Part shown: piece after piece, positions 63,769 through 64,000 of the stretch
How positions within the stretch are numbered: position 1 is the stretch's first letter
Layout: every line of letters begins with the position of its first letter
Assembly: GCA_033764055.1 (NCBI GenBank)
Contig: JANRJI010000129.1
Coordinates: 4,574-68,573 of the forward strand
DNA length: 64,000 nt
Reading direction: 5' to 3'
Origin: Hyphomicrobiaceae bacterium
Lineage (GTDB): Bacteria > Pseudomonadota > Alphaproteobacteria > Rhizobiales > Hyphomicrobiaceae
Made by a program: the position numbers and the translations under genes
Notes under the pieces: generated by a model
What the model saw: the letters and a program-made list of their open reading frames with translations, nothing else
Database searches by the model: none
Told to the model about the DNA's origin: nothing

Positions 63769-64000
63769 TCAACCGCCGTTGCCGGCCGGCGAGCGGAGGG
63801 GAACGCCGACGTTGAGTTTCAGCGCGACGTCGGGCGTTCCCCGTGTCAGGCCGAACAGAAGGCCGAGATCCGGCGTGATCTTGACATCCCGGGCGAGAGC
63901 GAGCTCGGTGAAGACGGCTGGCCCGATCCGATGCTCCTGCTGTTCGAGCGGCGGTGCGTGGCCCAGGTTGTCGACGACTCCGAAGCCTTCGATTCCGATC
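63769..64000 (-). CDS. 3' end of an unidentified gene (5' part outside window)
   Basis: Minus-strand frame is open from the window edge to TGA at 63769-63771 (...IGIEGFGVVDNLGHAPPLEQQEHRIGPAVFTELALARDVKITPDLGLLFGLTRGTPDVALKLNVGVPLRSPAGNGG) with G/C-rich third positions. Not in the track because it is partial. Confidence 0.4.
   Translation of the reverse strand, partial: IGIEGFGVVDNLGHAPPLEQQEHRIGPAVFTELALARDVKITPDLGLLFGLTRGTPDVALKLNVGVPLRSPAGNGG

Overview
High-GC (about two-thirds G+C judged by eye, not computed), gene-dense chromosomal segment with alphaproteobacterial (Hyphomicrobiales/Rhizobiales-like) protein signatures and gene order. I can support about 60 protein-coding genes, one pseudogene, one tRNA (initiator tRNA-Met), several terminator-like hairpins and a few promoter-like sites. 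I recognised no rRNA, CRISPR array, transposase, integrase, phage or defence genes, and no DNA-binding transcription factor. Housekeeping blocks: parC 3' end; pxpA / pxpBC (5-oxoprolinase); rplY(ctc)-pth-[TfoX-C-like]-ychF; tolB-[two tiny lipoproteins]-pal-[TPR+OmpA protein]-cpoB-tilS-ftsH; argC. Between them lie an aromatic-type FAD monooxygenase cluster, a type II sulfide:quinone reductase cluster, a split chromate transporter, a CoA-transferase/PrpD-family/SDR operon, a TRAP transporter next to MaoC-like, NtaA/DszA-type monooxygenase and MBL-fold genes, several transporters and DUF proteins. Most of the very long Arg/Ala/Pro-rich ORFs in the six-frame track are antisense or out-of-frame shadows of real genes. 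Most worth follow-up: (1) a promoter, an Arg-codon-rich 20-codon ORF and a strong intrinsic terminator in the argC leader; (2) two tandem paralogous 42-44 aa lipoprotein genes, below the ORF-track cutoff, inserted between tolB and pal in a remodelled Tol-Pal locus; (3) an 836-aa coiled-coil repeat protein ending in a canonical PilZ domain; (4) an exact EcfG-type general-stress promoter in front of a highly charged protein with three GW[FH]GD[RS]EGH..AA..GW repeats; (5) two adjacent ~78-nt CTAG-bounded long hairpins in a low-GC gap; (6) an in-frame TAG in the first of two tandem MaoC-like genes. I did not find a clear multi-gene novel system such as a defence island. All calls come from manual reading and remembered family signatures; no searches were run.
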